Below, one piece after another: positions 15,595 through 26,522 of a DNA stretch of 64,000 bases. This DNA is from an uncultured Bacilli bacterium (GTDB lineage Bacteria; Bacillota_I; Bacilli_A; RF39; UBA660). The stretch lies in contig CALVZC010000004.1 in NCBI GenBank assembly GCA_944372425.1, forward strand, positions 6,522 through 70,521, read 5' to 3'. Numbering within the stretch: position 1 is the stretch's first letter; the number at the start of each line of letters is the position of its first letter. Both the position numbers and the translations under genes were made by a program. The notes below the pieces were generated by a model that saw only the letters and a program-made list of their open reading frames with translations, did not search any database and had not been told where the DNA came from.

Positions 15595-16257
15595 ATGTAT
15601 ACCATTTGTTTAGTTGAAGACGAAGAAAGTCTTTCTAATTTGATAAAGACATATTTAGAAAAAGAAGGATATAATGTAATTCAATTTTTTAAAGGTCATG
15701 ATGCTATTGATTATATTGGAAATGTTGCTAATTTATGGATATTAGATATAATGTTAAAAGATGATATTACAGGATATGATATTATTAAGGCAATTCGTGA
15801 AAAGGATGAGGTTGTACCAGTTATTTTCACTTCTGCCAGGGACAAAGATATTGATAAGATTATTGGCCTTGAAATGGGAAGTGATGATTATATTGCAAAA
15901 CCATATTCTACTAAAGAATTAATTTTAAGAACAAATAAACTTATAAATAGGATTTATAAAGATAAAGATTCTGTTAAAGAAATTTTATATGATGCTTATA
16001 AAATTGATTTAAATAAAAGGTTAGTTAAGGAAGATTCTAATGAAATAAAACTTACTACTTTGGAATTTGATTTGTTATTATTACTTCTTAATAATAAAAA
16101 TAAAACTTTTTCTAGGGATGAAATCTTGAAAAATATTTGGGGAGACGATTATTTTGGAAGTGATAGAGCAGTAGATGATTTAGTTAGAAGATTAAGAAAG
16201 AAAATGCCTAAGTTAAATCTTTCAACAGTATATGGTTATGGATATAGATTGTCATGA
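15595..16257 (+). CDS. OmpR-family response regulator
   Basis: REC domain (LVEDEE...ILDIMLKD...DDYIAKP) followed by a winged-helix C-terminus (LTTLEFDLLLLL...GYGYRL). Its TGA stop overlaps the ATG of the kinase gene (ATGA). Confidence 0.9.
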   Translation: MYTICLVEDEESLSNLIKTYLEKEGYNVIQFFKGHDAIDYIGNVANLWILDIMLKDDITGYDIIKAIREKDEVVPVIFTSARDKDIDKIIGLEMGSDDYIAKPYSTKELILRTNKLINRIYKDKDSVKEILYDAYKIDLNKRLVKEDSNEIKLTTLEFDLLLLLLNNKNKTFSRDEILKNIWGDDYFGSDRAVDDLVRRLRKKMPKLNLSTVYGYGYRLS

Positions 16258-17525
16258 AATATATAGAAAACAAACTTGGAAGACAATTAATATTAATTTT
16301 AGTAATTATATTTGATATTGTTTTAGTTACTGTTGGAATTATTTTGCCAAAATCACTTACTCCTGTATATGAATCTAGTATTTATAATGCTTTAAAGAAT
16401 CCACTTGATATTATAAATAGTGATTTAGAAGGAAGTAACGTTAGTAATGAAATTGCTTATTTATATATTGTCGATGGGAAAATTTATACTAGTAATAATT
16501 ATACAAAGATAGTTAATATAGATAAAAATGAACTTTTGAATATGCTGGAAAAAGAATATGGAAGTTTTGAATTTAACGATAAAACTTATTATTACTATCT
16601 TTCTAAAGATGAGAATGCGACAAAAGTTGCTATTGCTAATGAAAACTATCTAAGTAAAATACATGGAAATCTTATGATAACAGTTATATCTCTATTTCTT
16701 ATTGCTTTTTTATTAATTGCATTGATAGTATTTGTTTGGAGTAATGTAGTAGTTAGAAAAATCGAAAAGTTAAAATTAAAAATTGATAATATTGAAAATG
16801 ATAATTTTGATCATAAAATAAATTTTAAGACGGATGATGAAATTAAATCTTTGGCCAAATCTATTGAGGATATGCGAATATCTTTGAAAAAACAGGAAGA
16901 ATATAAGAATAATATGTATCAAAATATTTCTCATGATTTTAAAACCCCTCTCACGGTTATTAAGTCTTATGTAGAAGCAGTTGAAGATGGAGTCGAAGAT
17001 AAAGATACTGCACTAAATGTTATTAAAGAACAAACCGATAAACTAGAAAAAAAAGTATACTCACTTCTGTATTTAAATAAACTTGATTATTTGAAAGATA
17101 AAAAAAATGAAACAATTAGTGTAATTGATATTAGTGAAGTAATTAATGCTTCAATTGAAAAATTTAAATATCAAAGGAAGGATGTAAAGATTCATGCTTC
17201 AATTGATAATAGTAAATTTAGTGGAACTTTTGATTTATGGGAAACTATTATTGATAATATTCTAAATAATTTTATTAGATATGCAAAAAAAGAAATTAAA
17301 ATAACTGTCAAAAATAATAAACTCACATTATTTAATGATGGTCCTAACATTGATGAAAAATTAGTAAATGATATTTTTAATCCATTTAAAAAAGGAATAA
17401 ATGGACAATTTGGCTTAGGATTATCGATAGTAAAAAAAACACTTAACCTATTAAACTATGATATTTCTATTGAAAACAGTAGAAAAGGAGTATCTTTTAT
17501 AATAAAAAAAGGAACTAAAAAATAA
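16254..17525 (+). CDS. sensor histidine kinase
   Basis: Two TM segments, a HAMP-like linker, the H-box ISHDFKTPLT, and an ATPase with G-boxes (NDGPNID, GLGLSIVKK). Confidence 0.9.
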   Translation: MKYIENKLGRQLILILVIIFDIVLVTVGIILPKSLTPVYESSIYNALKNPLDIINSDLEGSNVSNEIAYLYIVDGKIYTSNNYTKIVNIDKNELLNMLEKEYGSFEFNDKTYYYYLSKDENATKVAIANENYLSKIHGNLMITVISLFLIAFLLIALIVFVWSNVVVRKIEKLKLKIDNIENDNFDHKINFKTDDEIKSLAKSIEDMRISLKKQEEYKNNMYQNISHDFKTPLTVIKSYVEAVEDGVEDKDTALNVIKEQTDKLEKKVYSLLYLNKLDYLKDKKNETISVIDISEVINASIEKFKYQRKDVKIHASIDNSKFSGTFDLWETIIDNILNNFIRYAKKEIKITVKNNKLTLFNDGPNIDEKLVNDIFNPFKKGINGQFGLGLSIVKKTLNLLNYDISIENSRKGVSFIIKKGTKK

Positions 17526-17537
17526 TTAGTTCTTTTT
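17511..17537 (+). terminator. rho-independent terminator
   Basis: GAACTAA-loop-TTAGTTC followed by TTTTTT, overlapping the kinase stop codon. Confidence 0.5.
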
Positions 17538-17634
17538 TGTTTATAAGGAATTTTCTCCTTATGAAGAACATAAAAGGAGTGAGCAAATGCTCACTCCAAA
17601 AATAATTCATAATATATGAAGAAATTTTTTATTT

Positions 17635-19479
17635 TTACTTATTAACAAATACTTTATCTAGTTTTTCTTTTATTTGATCTTTGTTAAATGGCTTAGCAAT
17701 ATAATCAAAAAATCCTTCACTTATGTATTTTTCTTTAGATCCTGCTATAGCATCTGCCGTTAGAGCGATAACTGGTATTTTAAAATTTATATCTTTTTTT
17801 AGTTCTTTTATGCAACATTCACCATTCATATTTGGCATCATTATATCCATTAATATTAAATCATATGTATTTCCATTGTTTATTTTTTCTAAACATTCTC
17901 TTCCATCATAACATTCATCTAATATAAAATTGAAATCTTTTAATGCTTTGCGCGCAACTTTTATATTAAGTTTATTGTCATCAACTATTAATATTTTTTT
18001 CCCTTCATATGTAATATTATTTAATATAATATTTTTATTTTCTATGTTTTCTTTTGTATTAAGAGGTTTATTAAGAGTATTAATTTTTTGAGGTATTTGA
18101 ACCATAAATATTGATCCTTTACCGAACTGGGACTGAACATTTATTTTTCCTGACATCATATCAACCAATGCTTTAGTGATAGCTAAACCTAATCCAGTTC
18201 CTTCGGCTGTAGTATTTCTTTCTATATCTAATCGATCAAATTTAGTAAATAATCTATTAATTAATTCTTTCTTAATACCTTTACCTGTATCTTGGCAAAT
18301 AATAATTAGATTTGTAATATTGTTATTCAAATTATTAATGCATTTAATAGTTAAATTTATTTTTCCTTGTTCGGTATATTTTATAGCATTAGTTAATAAA
18401 TTATTAATAATTTCTTTTATTTTTCCTTTATCACCAATTAGTTCATAGGGAATATCATCAGAAATATTTAAAGTAAATATGATATTTTTTTCTCCAATTC
18501 GTGTTTGAGTAATTTTGCACATATTAGTAATTTCGTTTTTAAAATTATAGACGTCTTCATTAATATCCATTTTATCTGCTTCTATTTTGTTTATGTCCAA
18601 AATATTACCAACTATTTCAAGTAATGTTTGTGAGGCATTTCTGATATCTTCAGTATCTTCGATAACTTCTTTTGGAATTTGATTTTTATATGAAGCAATA
18701 TCTTCTGATAAACCAACAATTGCATTTAGTGGCGTTCTTATTTCGTGTGACATGCTGCTTAAAAAATCTGATTTTGCTCTGTTTGCTCTTTCGGCTTGTT
18801 CTTTAGCTAGTTCTAATTGTGAAATCATTTGTACATCGGGATTTTCAATTGTATGATACATTATGAATATTATCATGAATTCCATGACAGTTGTTAAAGT
18901 AATTTGTGGATTGTATTTTTGTATGATTGAAATTAGCGACATAAATAGTAAAAACAAGATAAGAGGAATAACCTTTTTTCTATTTATGTCTTTAAAATTT
19001 TTAATAAAAGGGATAAACCATTCTATTAAAGTAAGAGTAGAGCAGGCATAGACCCAATTAACAGCTGGTCCTGTTGCATATCCTTTACCAGTTACTATTG
19101 GCAAGATTACACATCCAACACAACAAATAAACCATAAAATATACGATAATATTTCCAATAATTTATAGTATTTTATATTTTGTTTTTTACTTGTTACATA
19201 ACAAATTACATATATATATAATGTCATATATAATAAAAAAGTCATTAAAAATAATAAAAACATTTTTGTTGCAATATGTGATATTAATGAATTTTCAGGA
19301 AATGTAAATCCTATATAAGTACAAGCTAATTCACTTATTAAACTAATTAAATTAATAACAAGTAAAACTGAAAATATTTTTGTTTCACCTGTTTTTATAT
19401 GTTTTTTTGTAAAATAAATAATATTTAGTACTATAGAAAATAATAATCCACAAAGAATAAAGTAAAACCATTGTCCCAT
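17635..19479 (-). CDS. hybrid sensor histidine kinase/response regulator with polytopic N-terminal membrane domain
   Basis: About 200 aa of multiple TM helices, then the H-box [14 protein letters not shown], HATPase motifs ([13 protein letters not shown]) and a C-terminal REC domain ([10 protein letters not shown]...[14 protein letters not shown]). Confidence 0.9.
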   Translation of the reverse strand: MGQWFYFILCGLLFSIVLNIIYFTKKHIKTGETKIFSVLLVINLISLISELACTYIGFTFPENSLISHIATKMFLLFLMTFLLYMTLYIYVICYVTSKKQNIKYYKLLEILSYILWFICCVGCVILPIVTGKGYATGPAVNWVYACSTLTLIEWFIPFIKNFKDINRKKVIPLILFLLFMSLISIIQKYNPQITLTTVMEFMIIFIMYHTIENPDVQMISQLELAKEQAERANRAKSDFLSSMSHEIRTPLNAIVGLSEDIASYKNQIPKEVIEDTEDIRNASQTLLEIVGNILDINKIEADKMDINEDVYNFKNEITNMCKITQTRIGEKNIIFTLNISDDIPYELIGDKGKIKEIINNLLTNAIKYTEQGKINLTIKCINNLNNNITNLIIICQDTGKGIKKELINRLFTKFDRLDIERNTTAEGTGLGLAITKALVDMMSGKINVQSQFGKGSIFMVQIPQKINTLNKPLNTKENIENKNIILNNITYEGKKILIVDDNKLNIKVARKALKDFNFILDECYDGRECLEKINNGNTYDLILMDIMMPNMNGECCIKELKKDINFKIPVIALTADAIAGSKEKYISEGFFDYIAKPFNKDQIKEKLDKVFVNK

Positions 19480-19580
19480 ATAATCACCTTCTAATTTAAT
19501 GAGTATATTTTATACCTTAAATTATATATAATTTTTATAAAAAAAGAAAGAAGAATAAAATATCTTCTTTTAAATTTGAC

Positions 19581-21521
19581 TTATTTTAATACTAATTTTT
19601 TTCCTTGTTGTGGATTTAGCTTGTTTTTGAATTCATCATACTGTATTGTTTTGTCATCAATTCCTGTTTTAGATAAGGTGCTTAAACTTCTTTTACCACT
19701 TGGATCTAATGGAAATGATTCGATGTTATCTCTCATTCTAATAAATAAATTATTTTTTATTTCTTCTGGAAGAGTCTTTTCTATTCTTCCAATAATTCCT
19801 TTACAGCATTCTTCTTCTTTTTTCTTTTTAAATGGTTGCAATTCTATATGACAAACTATATTTCCATCTTTTTCTTTAACAACTGAGCAAGACATTACGT
19901 TTTTAGTATCTAACAATATTATATCTTCAATAAGATAGTATGGTAGTTTTTGTCCATCTGATAGTGTTATATAACTTCCCATTCTTCCTTTCATTTTTAC
20001 CCTTCCGGTATCATCTATATAAGAATAAGTTCCTAAACTTAACCATTTTTTTCCATTATTGTCAACGACATGTGTATTCTTGTTTAATTCTTCATCTGTA
20101 TAACCAATCATTTCACATGGACTATTTGCAACTAAGAGTCCAGGCTCATTATTTTTGCAAAAATTCCCATTTTCATCTAATACTGCAACGTCGACAAATT
20201 TGTGTGGTGTTAAGCCTAATTTTTGATTTTTTATTAAATGATTTAATTTTTTTTCTTGTAATGATTTATATAACGTAACAAATATTCCACTACTTTCTGT
20301 AGTACCTCCACCTATTGAGAAAGTTACTGGAGCTAATGGAAATGGTAACTTTTCAGTACCAAATTTATGTTTTCTTGAGGTTTGATTGAAAAATTTTTCT
20401 TCTCCTTCAGATAAACCTTCACCAGTAACAGTTGGAATCATTAAATAAGGCATATTTACATTTTCAAAAACAGGATCGAAAGTAAGCTTTTTACATAGTG
20501 TACCCCAAAATCCAGCACTTGCTGGTACAAAATTAGGCTTATTAATAACCAATGAATACGGAAACCATTCATTAGAGTAAAATGGTTCTAATGCTAATTC
20601 ACATTTACAATAAAATGTATCAGAAATAGCACATGATAATTCCATATGTGTATCGGTAGGAATATGGGCTAGAACTGTTAAATTTTTCATTGTAGGCATC
20701 CCAGATACATCGGCTTCTTTAAATCTAGATAATGTTATGTAACTTCGGTTTGAATGAATTACGCCTTTTGGATATCCAGGTTTTGTTGTTCCACTTGTAT
20801 AAGTTATAGAGCATACATCATCTAAATCAACCTTTTCTGCAACTTTTCCATTAAAATTTTTACCTAAATTTAAAAATTCATTAACATCTAGTAATGTTCC
20901 TGTGAAATCAGTTTTTATATTATTAATATTATTTTCAAATTTATGAAATAAATTATCTATGTTTTGATATGGATTTATTCCATCTTTTAATGAGTCTGTT
21001 AGTGAAAAACATACAATATTTTTTATATTACTTTTTTTAATAGCACCTTTGATAGTTGAATATGATAAATCATCAATGAAAATTGTTTTACTTTTCGTTT
21101 TATTAAATATATCAATTAAATATTCTTCAGCAAACCAATCGGCAACAATATTAACTTTTGCTCCAATAAGGCTTGTAGCAAGAAACATATATATAAATTC
21201 AGGAATATTAGTTATGCATATTGGAATTTCACTATTTTTACCATATCCCATTTGCTTTAAACTTTTTGCATATTCGTATGCTTTAGTGAACATTTCGGCA
21301 TACGTAATTTTATTTCCACGATATTTTATAGCTGGTTTATCTAAATTATTTTTGTTTCTATTAAACATTTCAATAAACCATGAATGATTTCTATTTTTTT
21401 CTATATCTTCTATAGCTTTTCTCACTTTTGGTGATAGGCCTTTGGTATTGTATTTTTTATTACTTTCTTCAGTGTTTAATGAGTTAATTTCTTCAATTAA
21501 ATGGATTAAACTTTTTTCCAT
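19581..21521 (-). CDS. AMP-dependent synthetase/ligase (acyl-CoA synthetase-like)
   Basis: AMP-binding motif ITYTSGTTKPGYPKGV and the overall ANL-superfamily layout. The ATG at 21521 (MEKSLIHLIEE), preceded by AGGGGG, is preferred over the longer track ORF. Confidence 0.75.
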   Translation of the reverse strand: MEKSLIHLIEEINSLNTEESNKKYNTKGLSPKVRKAIEDIEKNRNHSWFIEMFNRNKNNLDKPAIKYRGNKITYAEMFTKAYEYAKSLKQMGYGKNSEIPICITNIPEFIYMFLATSLIGAKVNIVADWFAEEYLIDIFNKTKSKTIFIDDLSYSTIKGAIKKSNIKNIVCFSLTDSLKDGINPYQNIDNLFHKFENNINNIKTDFTGTLLDVNEFLNLGKNFNGKVAEKVDLDDVCSITYTSGTTKPGYPKGVIHSNRSYITLSRFKEADVSGMPTMKNLTVLAHIPTDTHMELSCAISDTFYCKCELALEPFYSNEWFPYSLVINKPNFVPASAGFWGTLCKKLTFDPVFENVNMPYLMIPTVTGEGLSEGEEKFFNQTSRKHKFGTEKLPFPLAPVTFSIGGGTTESSGIFVTLYKSLQEKKLNHLIKNQKLGLTPHKFVDVAVLDENGNFCKNNEPGLLVANSPCEMIGYTDEELNKNTHVVDNNGKKWLSLGTYSYIDDTGRVKMKGRMGSYITLSDGQKLPYYLIEDIILLDTKNVMSCSVVKEKDGNIVCHIELQPFKKKKEEECCKGIIGRIEKTLPEEIKNNLFIRMRDNIESFPLDPSGKRSLSTLSKTGIDDKTIQYDEFKNKLNPQQGKKLVLK

Positions 21522-21749
21522 AAATTTCCCCCTAATTAATTTAAATTTCGCTTGTATTTTAACAAAAAAAGAAGTATTTGTCAAATTTTTGTAAAGAAAT
21601 ATAAAATATCTATTATTAAAGTTTTTCTGTATAAAAATGTCAAAATAATGCTAATTTTAATAATAGTTATATTATCTAAGGTATATAACGGTATAATTGC
21701 GAAAATGATAAAAAGTTAATTAAAGTAATAGTAAAAATAGGAGAGAAAT

Positions 21750-21960
21750 ATGAGTTTAAAATCTAATGATAATAATATTAAAGACAAATGTGTGTTGATA
21801 ACTTATATTACTAACTTAAATAAAAAAAGAAAATTTAGATACTAACTACGAAATCCTATATATAAGAAAAAAGGGAAATCCTGAAGTTGTTATGTATGAT
21901 GGATCTCTTATTGATGATATAACAAAATATATTTCTAAAGAAGGTAGTTATTTTATATAA
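21750..21960 (+). pseudogene. small hypothetical gene interrupted by a frameshift at an A7 tract
   Basis: A GGAG RBS and ATG at 21750 give MSLKSNDNNIKDKCVLITYITNLNKK.., stopping at 21843. Removing one A from the run at 21822-21828 gives a continuous reading ...NKKENLDTNYEILYIRKKGNPEVVMYDGSLIDDITKYISKEGSYFI* ending at 21960. Confidence 0.35.
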
Positions 21961-22035
21961 ATGACTTATTCATATGTAAATGTAAAAAATAAAACATCGT
22001 TTAATGTTTGGAATAAAACTTAATAGTATATTGTT

Positions 22036-22251
22036 TTATTTTATTTTATTTTTAATAATTTTACCTATAAGGAATAGTATAATACTAGGTATTAATAATT
22101 CTATAATTCTAATAATTATAAAAGTATAAAAAGGTGTAGAGTAAGTTATAGGATTATATTTTAGATAATCTATAGTCAAAAAAATTATAAATGTAATAGA
22201 AAGTAGAATGGATATAATATAAAATAATTTGTAAATTTTTTCTTTTTTCAT
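22036..22251 (-). CDS. hypothetical small membrane protein (two TM helices)
   Basis: 71-aa ORF with a GGAGAAA RBS and two hydrophobic stretches. Confidence 0.4.
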   Translation of the reverse strand: MKKEKIYKLFYIISILLSITFIIFLTIDYLKYNPITYSTPFYTFIIIRIIELLIPSIILFLIGKIIKNKIK

Positions 22252-22325
22252 TTTTCTCCTTTTTAATTTTTATGAATATTTATAAATAAAAAACTAGGTA
22301 TTTCTACCTAGGAATTTTTCTAAAT

Positions 22326-22402
22326 TGGTAGCGAGAGGGGGAATCGAACCCTCGACCTTCCGGGTATGAACCGGACGCTCTAGCCAGCTGAGCTATCTCG
22401 CC
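22326..22402 (-). tRNA. tRNA-Met (anticodon CAU, elongator type)
   Basis: The reverse complement is GGCGAGATAGCTCAGCTGGCTAGAGCGTCCGGTTCATACCCGGAAGGTCGAGGGTTCGATTCCCCCTCTCGCTACCA. It shows a cloverleaf with a GCTCAGCTGGCTAGAGC D-arm, the anticodon loop TTCATAC, a GGTTCGATTCC T-arm and an encoded CCA. A hairpin plus T-run follows at about 22291-22316. Confidence 0.93.
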
Positions 22403-22805
22403 ATAAAATATCAAGTAAATAAATAATATCATACTTATTTATCTTTGACAAGACTTAGTATTTAACTTTTTTAAATTTTTCACTAAGCTTTATTACTTGA
22501 TAATTCTTCTAGTTTCTCTTCAATAATTTTTATTGTTTTTTTTAACGATTCAATATTAGAATCGTTATTAGTTTTATTTTCGTTTGTATTATTATCTAAA
22601 GTAGTTTTTTGAGAAGAGTATGTTTGCATTGTTAATCCTATTAATTGAAGCCAATTCCCAATACTATCTTGTTCATCAATAGTTAGAGTTTTAGTTAATA
22701 ATATTCCAATAAAAAATGCTGAAGTTGTAAAACTATAGGGCTCATAATTAAAATATATATTTTCATATAATATTATATGTTATAATTTTTAATGTTTTAA
22801 TTTTA

Positions 22806-23624
22806 TCAGCTTTTAAATATTTGATATATTTTTGAAAAAATACTTTGAAAAAATGGAGCTTTGTAAATAAGTTTATTATTATCTTCTTGTATTGCTTTTA
22901 TAATTTGTTTAGAGATGCTATTTAGTTTTTTATGTGCTAAAAAATCAAACATAATATAATCTTTTATTTCTATATCATTCTTTTTGCTTTTAAAATATTT
23001 AGAATTATCAATATTTTTGTTATCTATCATTATTTCATTGAATCCTGTTTTATAAATTCCAGGTTCAATTATTTTTATTTTTATATTTGGATTTACTATT
23101 TTTAATTCTTTTTGTAAAACTTTTGCTAACATAATAATACTTGCTTTTGTTGCACAATAACTTCCCAAAAATTCAATAGGAATTATACCTGCTAATGATG
23201 ATATTATGATTATTTTTCCATTTTGATTTTTTAACATATTTTTTAAGGTTAATTGTATTAATTCTAAATTCGAAAATACATTTACATTAAAATTTTCTTT
23301 AACTTTATAAATTGGTATTTCTATTAATGATCCACTTATACCAATTGCGGCGTTACAAACTAAAATATCAATGTTTAAATTAATGACTTTGTTTCTATCT
23401 TCTTTTTTTGTGATATCTAATTTAAAACATGTAATATTTTTAGTGTTATTATAAATGTTTTTAATACAAGTTTCTTCTTTTTCTGTGTGAACTGTAATAT
23501 ATATGTAATATTTATTTAATTTAATTAATTTGTCAATAACATTTTTGGCTATTCCACTTCTTGCACCTGTAAATAATATTTTCTTCATATTATTAATGTT
23601 ATCTAAAATTTTATATTTATTCAT
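22806..23624 (-). CDS. SDR-family short-chain dehydrogenase/reductase
   Basis: TGARSGIAKN (TGxxxGIG-type NAD(P) motif), NAAIG, and the catalytic YCATKAS (YxxxK). The real start may be the internal MKKILFTG. Confidence 0.85.
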   Translation of the reverse strand: MNKYKILDNINNMKKILFTGARSGIAKNVIDKLIKLNKYYIYITVHTEKEETCIKNIYNNTKNITCFKLDITKKEDRNKVINLNIDILVCNAAIGISGSLIEIPIYKVKENFNVNVFSNLELIQLTLKNMLKNQNGKIIIISSLAGIIPIEFLGSYCATKASIIMLAKVLQKELKIVNPNIKIKIIEPGIYKTGFNEIMIDNKNIDNSKYFKSKKNDIEIKDYIMFDFLAHKKLNSISKQIIKAIQEDNNKLIYKAPFFQSIFSKIYQIFKS

Positions 23625-23710
23625 TTACAAATTGAAAAATTAATTTTTAAGCAATATTTACAATATTATTTAATTATGATAGATTTATGTTATAAAGGAT
23701 TGGTGAAAAT

Positions 23711-24598
23711 ATGGAAAAGTCAAAAGTTTATTTTACAAGCGAAATAAGTAGTGAAAGTTTAATTAAGATTTATGATAAATTAAGTACTGAATTAAAAGGG
23801 AAAGTAGCTGTTAAAATTTCTACTGGAGAGCCTGGCGGGCATAATTTTTTAAATCCTAATTTGATATCGGGGTTAGTAAATAAGTTAAATGGAACGATTA
23901 TTGAATGTTGTACTGCTTATGGTGGTAAAAGGCAAGATCCAAAAGAGCACTGGAAAACAATAGATGAACATGGATTTAAGAAAATAGCTTCATGTGATAT
24001 TATGGATGAATTTGGGGAAATAGAAATACCGGTTATAAACGGATTGCGCTTGGATAAGGATATTGTCGGTAAAAATATAGATCTTTATGATTCAATTCTA
24101 TGCTTGTCACATTTTAAAGGCCATGCTATGGGAGGATTTGGTGGAGCGTTAAAGAATATGTCAATAGGAATTGCTTCAACTCATGGTAAAGCTTATATTC
24201 ATTCGGCAGGCAAGCTAACTGACCCTTTAAAAATATGGTCAAATTTGCCAGAACAAGATTATTTCTTAGAATCTATGGCTGATGCTGCTAAAGCAGTAAT
24301 TGATTACAAGAAAAAAGAGAATATTGTCTATATTAACGTAGCTAATAATTTATCAATAGATTGTGATTGTGATTCTAATCCACATAAGCCTGAAATGGCC
24401 GATATTGGAATTTTTGCTTCTCTTGATCCCGTTGCAATTGATAAAGCTTGCTATGATGCAGTTATTAATTCTAAAGATCCTGGAAAAAAAGCATTAATTG
24501 AAAGAATGAATTCTCGTCATGGTATACATACTATTGATTCTGCTTTCAAATTAGGTCTTGGAAATACTGAATACGAAATAATCAATATTGATAACTAA
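23711..24598 (+). CDS. DUF362-like (COG2768-type) protein
   Basis: The pattern KVYFTSE...VAVKISTGEPGG.NFL...IIECCTAYGG.R...HFKGHAMGGFGGALKN resembles the DUF362 family. Assignment is from memory of the family pattern only. Confidence 0.55.
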   Translation: MEKSKVYFTSEISSESLIKIYDKLSTELKGKVAVKISTGEPGGHNFLNPNLISGLVNKLNGTIIECCTAYGGKRQDPKEHWKTIDEHGFKKIASCDIMDEFGEIEIPVINGLRLDKDIVGKNIDLYDSILCLSHFKGHAMGGFGGALKNMSIGIASTHGKAYIHSAGKLTDPLKIWSNLPEQDYFLESMADAAKAVIDYKKKENIVYINVANNLSIDCDCDSNPHKPEMADIGIFASLDPVAIDKACYDAVINSKDPGKKALIERMNSRHGIHTIDSAFKLGLGNTEYEIINIDN

Positions 24599-24630
24599 CA
24601 TTACAATAAATATTTAAAGGAGAGGTAAAT

Positions 24631-25497
24631 ATGGAAAATGTGACTCCATTTTTCAATAAACTTTTGAAAGATTTAGGTAGAAGAGGGGTATACATTATTT
24701 CTAAAAATGGTTTAGGGCAAGAGTTATATGTTTCTAGTGGACTCCCTGAATCTTTAAGAAATGAGGATGCTTTACAAATGCCAATTATTTATGATGAAAA
24801 ATCCGGACGATATTTTTATAGAATTACAATGAAAAGTGATGATGATTTATCTAATACTATTGTTTTTGACGTTACAAGAGATTTTTTAGATTATATATCA
24901 TTAAAGGAAAAAGTTCATGATTTGGAGAAAACTATTGAAGATTTAAAAATAGATAGTACTACTGGCTTAATGATTAGAAGTCATACTCTTAAAGAAATTG
25001 GCGATTATGTAAAATATGCTAATTTAAATAATGAGCCTTATGCGATTGTTATAGCAGATTTAGATTATTTTTAAAGAATTAATGATAATTACGGACATGT
25101 TATAGGAGATAAGACTTTGCGGATGGTTGCTGACACCTTAAAAAAATCTATGAGACAAACACCAGGAGAAGCAACTAGAAAAAAAGACATAATTGGTAGA
25201 TATGGTGGCGAAGAATTTATTATATTATTAAAAAATATAAAAGAAGAGGATATCTTTAATGTTGTAGATAGAATGCGAAAAAATATTGCAGAAAAAAGAT
25301 TTTCTATAAAAAATAAAGATGAATATTATGATATATCAATAACTATTAGTTGTGGTGTTTGTCATAGCCATAGTGGTCAGTTATTATTAGATGATGCAAT
25401 ACTTCAAGCTGATTCAGCTTTATATGAGAGTAAAGAAAACGGACGTAATTGTACAACTGTTCGTAGTGATTGTCATCAAAAAAAAATAAAAAAATAA
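24631..25497 (+). pseudogene. diguanylate cyclase (GGDEF domain) interrupted by one in-frame TAA
   Basis: Track ORFs 24631..25074 and 25117..25497 are in the same frame. Reading through the TAA at 25072-25074 gives ADLDYF*RINDNYGHVIGDKTLRMV..., the canonical D-x-D-x-F-K-x-x-ND-x-YGH motif with the Lys codon replaced by a stop. Downstream lie the active site GGEEF and the I-site RKKD five residues before it. Confidence 0.85.
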
Positions 25498-25548
25498 TAT
25501 TTTTGAGTACTTGTTATATTAACAATATAATTTATTAGAGGTGATTTT

Positions 25549-26496
25549 ATGAGGAAAAAAGTAGTAGTTTTAGGCGGAGGAACTGGAATGAGTTCTTTGC
25601 TTCGTGGTTTAAAAGAATTCCCTATTGATATTACAGCAGTAGTATCTGTTTGTGATGATGGACAAAGTACTGGACGATTAAGACGTGAGTTTAACATTCC
25701 AGCAGTTGGTGATATTAGAAAAGTTTTAGTTTCTTTATCAGAAACAGAACCTTTGGTTGAACAATTATTAAATTATAGGTTTAATACTACTAGCGATTTA
25801 AATGGGCATACTGTTGGGAATTTATTGCTTACTGCTATGGGAAATATGACTGGTAATATGTCAGATGGAATTGAAGCAATAAGCAAAATATTGAATTTGC
25901 ATGGTAAAATTTTACCTTTGACAGAGGACAATGTTACATTAGTAGCAAAAATGTCTGATGGTGAAGTAGTTGAGGGTGAACATAATATTACAGAATGTGG
26001 TAAAAAAATTAAAAAAGTATATTATTTAGAAAAACCGAAAATAAATTATGCTGTATTAGATGAAATTAGAAAATCAGATTTAGTTATTCTTAGTATGGGA
26101 AGTATTTACACAAGTATTATTCCAAATCTTTTATGTAAAGAAATAATAGATTTGTTAGAAGAAATAGATACTCCAATTATGTATACATGTAATATGATGA
26201 CTCAGCCTGGAGAAACAGATGGTTTAATGGTAAGTGATCATATTAATATAATTAATCAATATCTTGGTAAAAGAAAAATAGATGTAATTGTAGCAAATGA
26301 CGGAAAAATTAGCGAGGAGATGCGAAAAAAATATGAAACTTTAGAGCAAAAAGACCCAGTTATTTTGGATAGAAAGCATATAAAAGATGTTTATATTATT
26401 TCTAACGATTATGTTACTGTTGAAAATAATTATTTACGACATGATACGATATTATTATCACTTGATATATTTAAGTATTTAATATCTAAGAAATAA
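25549..26496 (+). CDS. yvcK: gluconeogenesis factor YvcK family (CofD-like)
   Basis: VVVLGGGTGMSSLLRGLK...TAVVSVCDDGQSTGRLR is the family signature. Confidence 0.85.
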   Translation: MRKKVVVLGGGTGMSSLLRGLKEFPIDITAVVSVCDDGQSTGRLRREFNIPAVGDIRKVLVSLSETEPLVEQLLNYRFNTTSDLNGHTVGNLLLTAMGNMTGNMSDGIEAISKILNLHGKILPLTEDNVTLVAKMSDGEVVEGEHNITECGKKIKKVYYLEKPKINYAVLDEIRKSDLVILSMGSIYTSIIPNLLCKEIIDLLEEIDTPIMYTCNMMTQPGETDGLMVSDHINIINQYLGKRKIDVIVANDGKISEEMRKKYETLEQKDPVILDRKHIKDVYIISNDYVTVENNYLRHDTILLSLDIFKYLISKK

Positions 26497-26522
26497 TTAA
26501 AGTTCATCTAGAAGGAGTTAAT

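Noticed and set aside
22483-22745. A possible ~85-aa minus-strand gene (…SFTTSAFFIGILLTKTLTIDEQDSIGNWLQLIGL…EEKLEELSSNKA) upstream of the tRNA
   Set aside because: The open frame has no in-frame start. The nearby ATG (22745) is out of frame unless a C is added to a CCC run. There is no clear RBS and no recognisable family, so it is too speculative to call.
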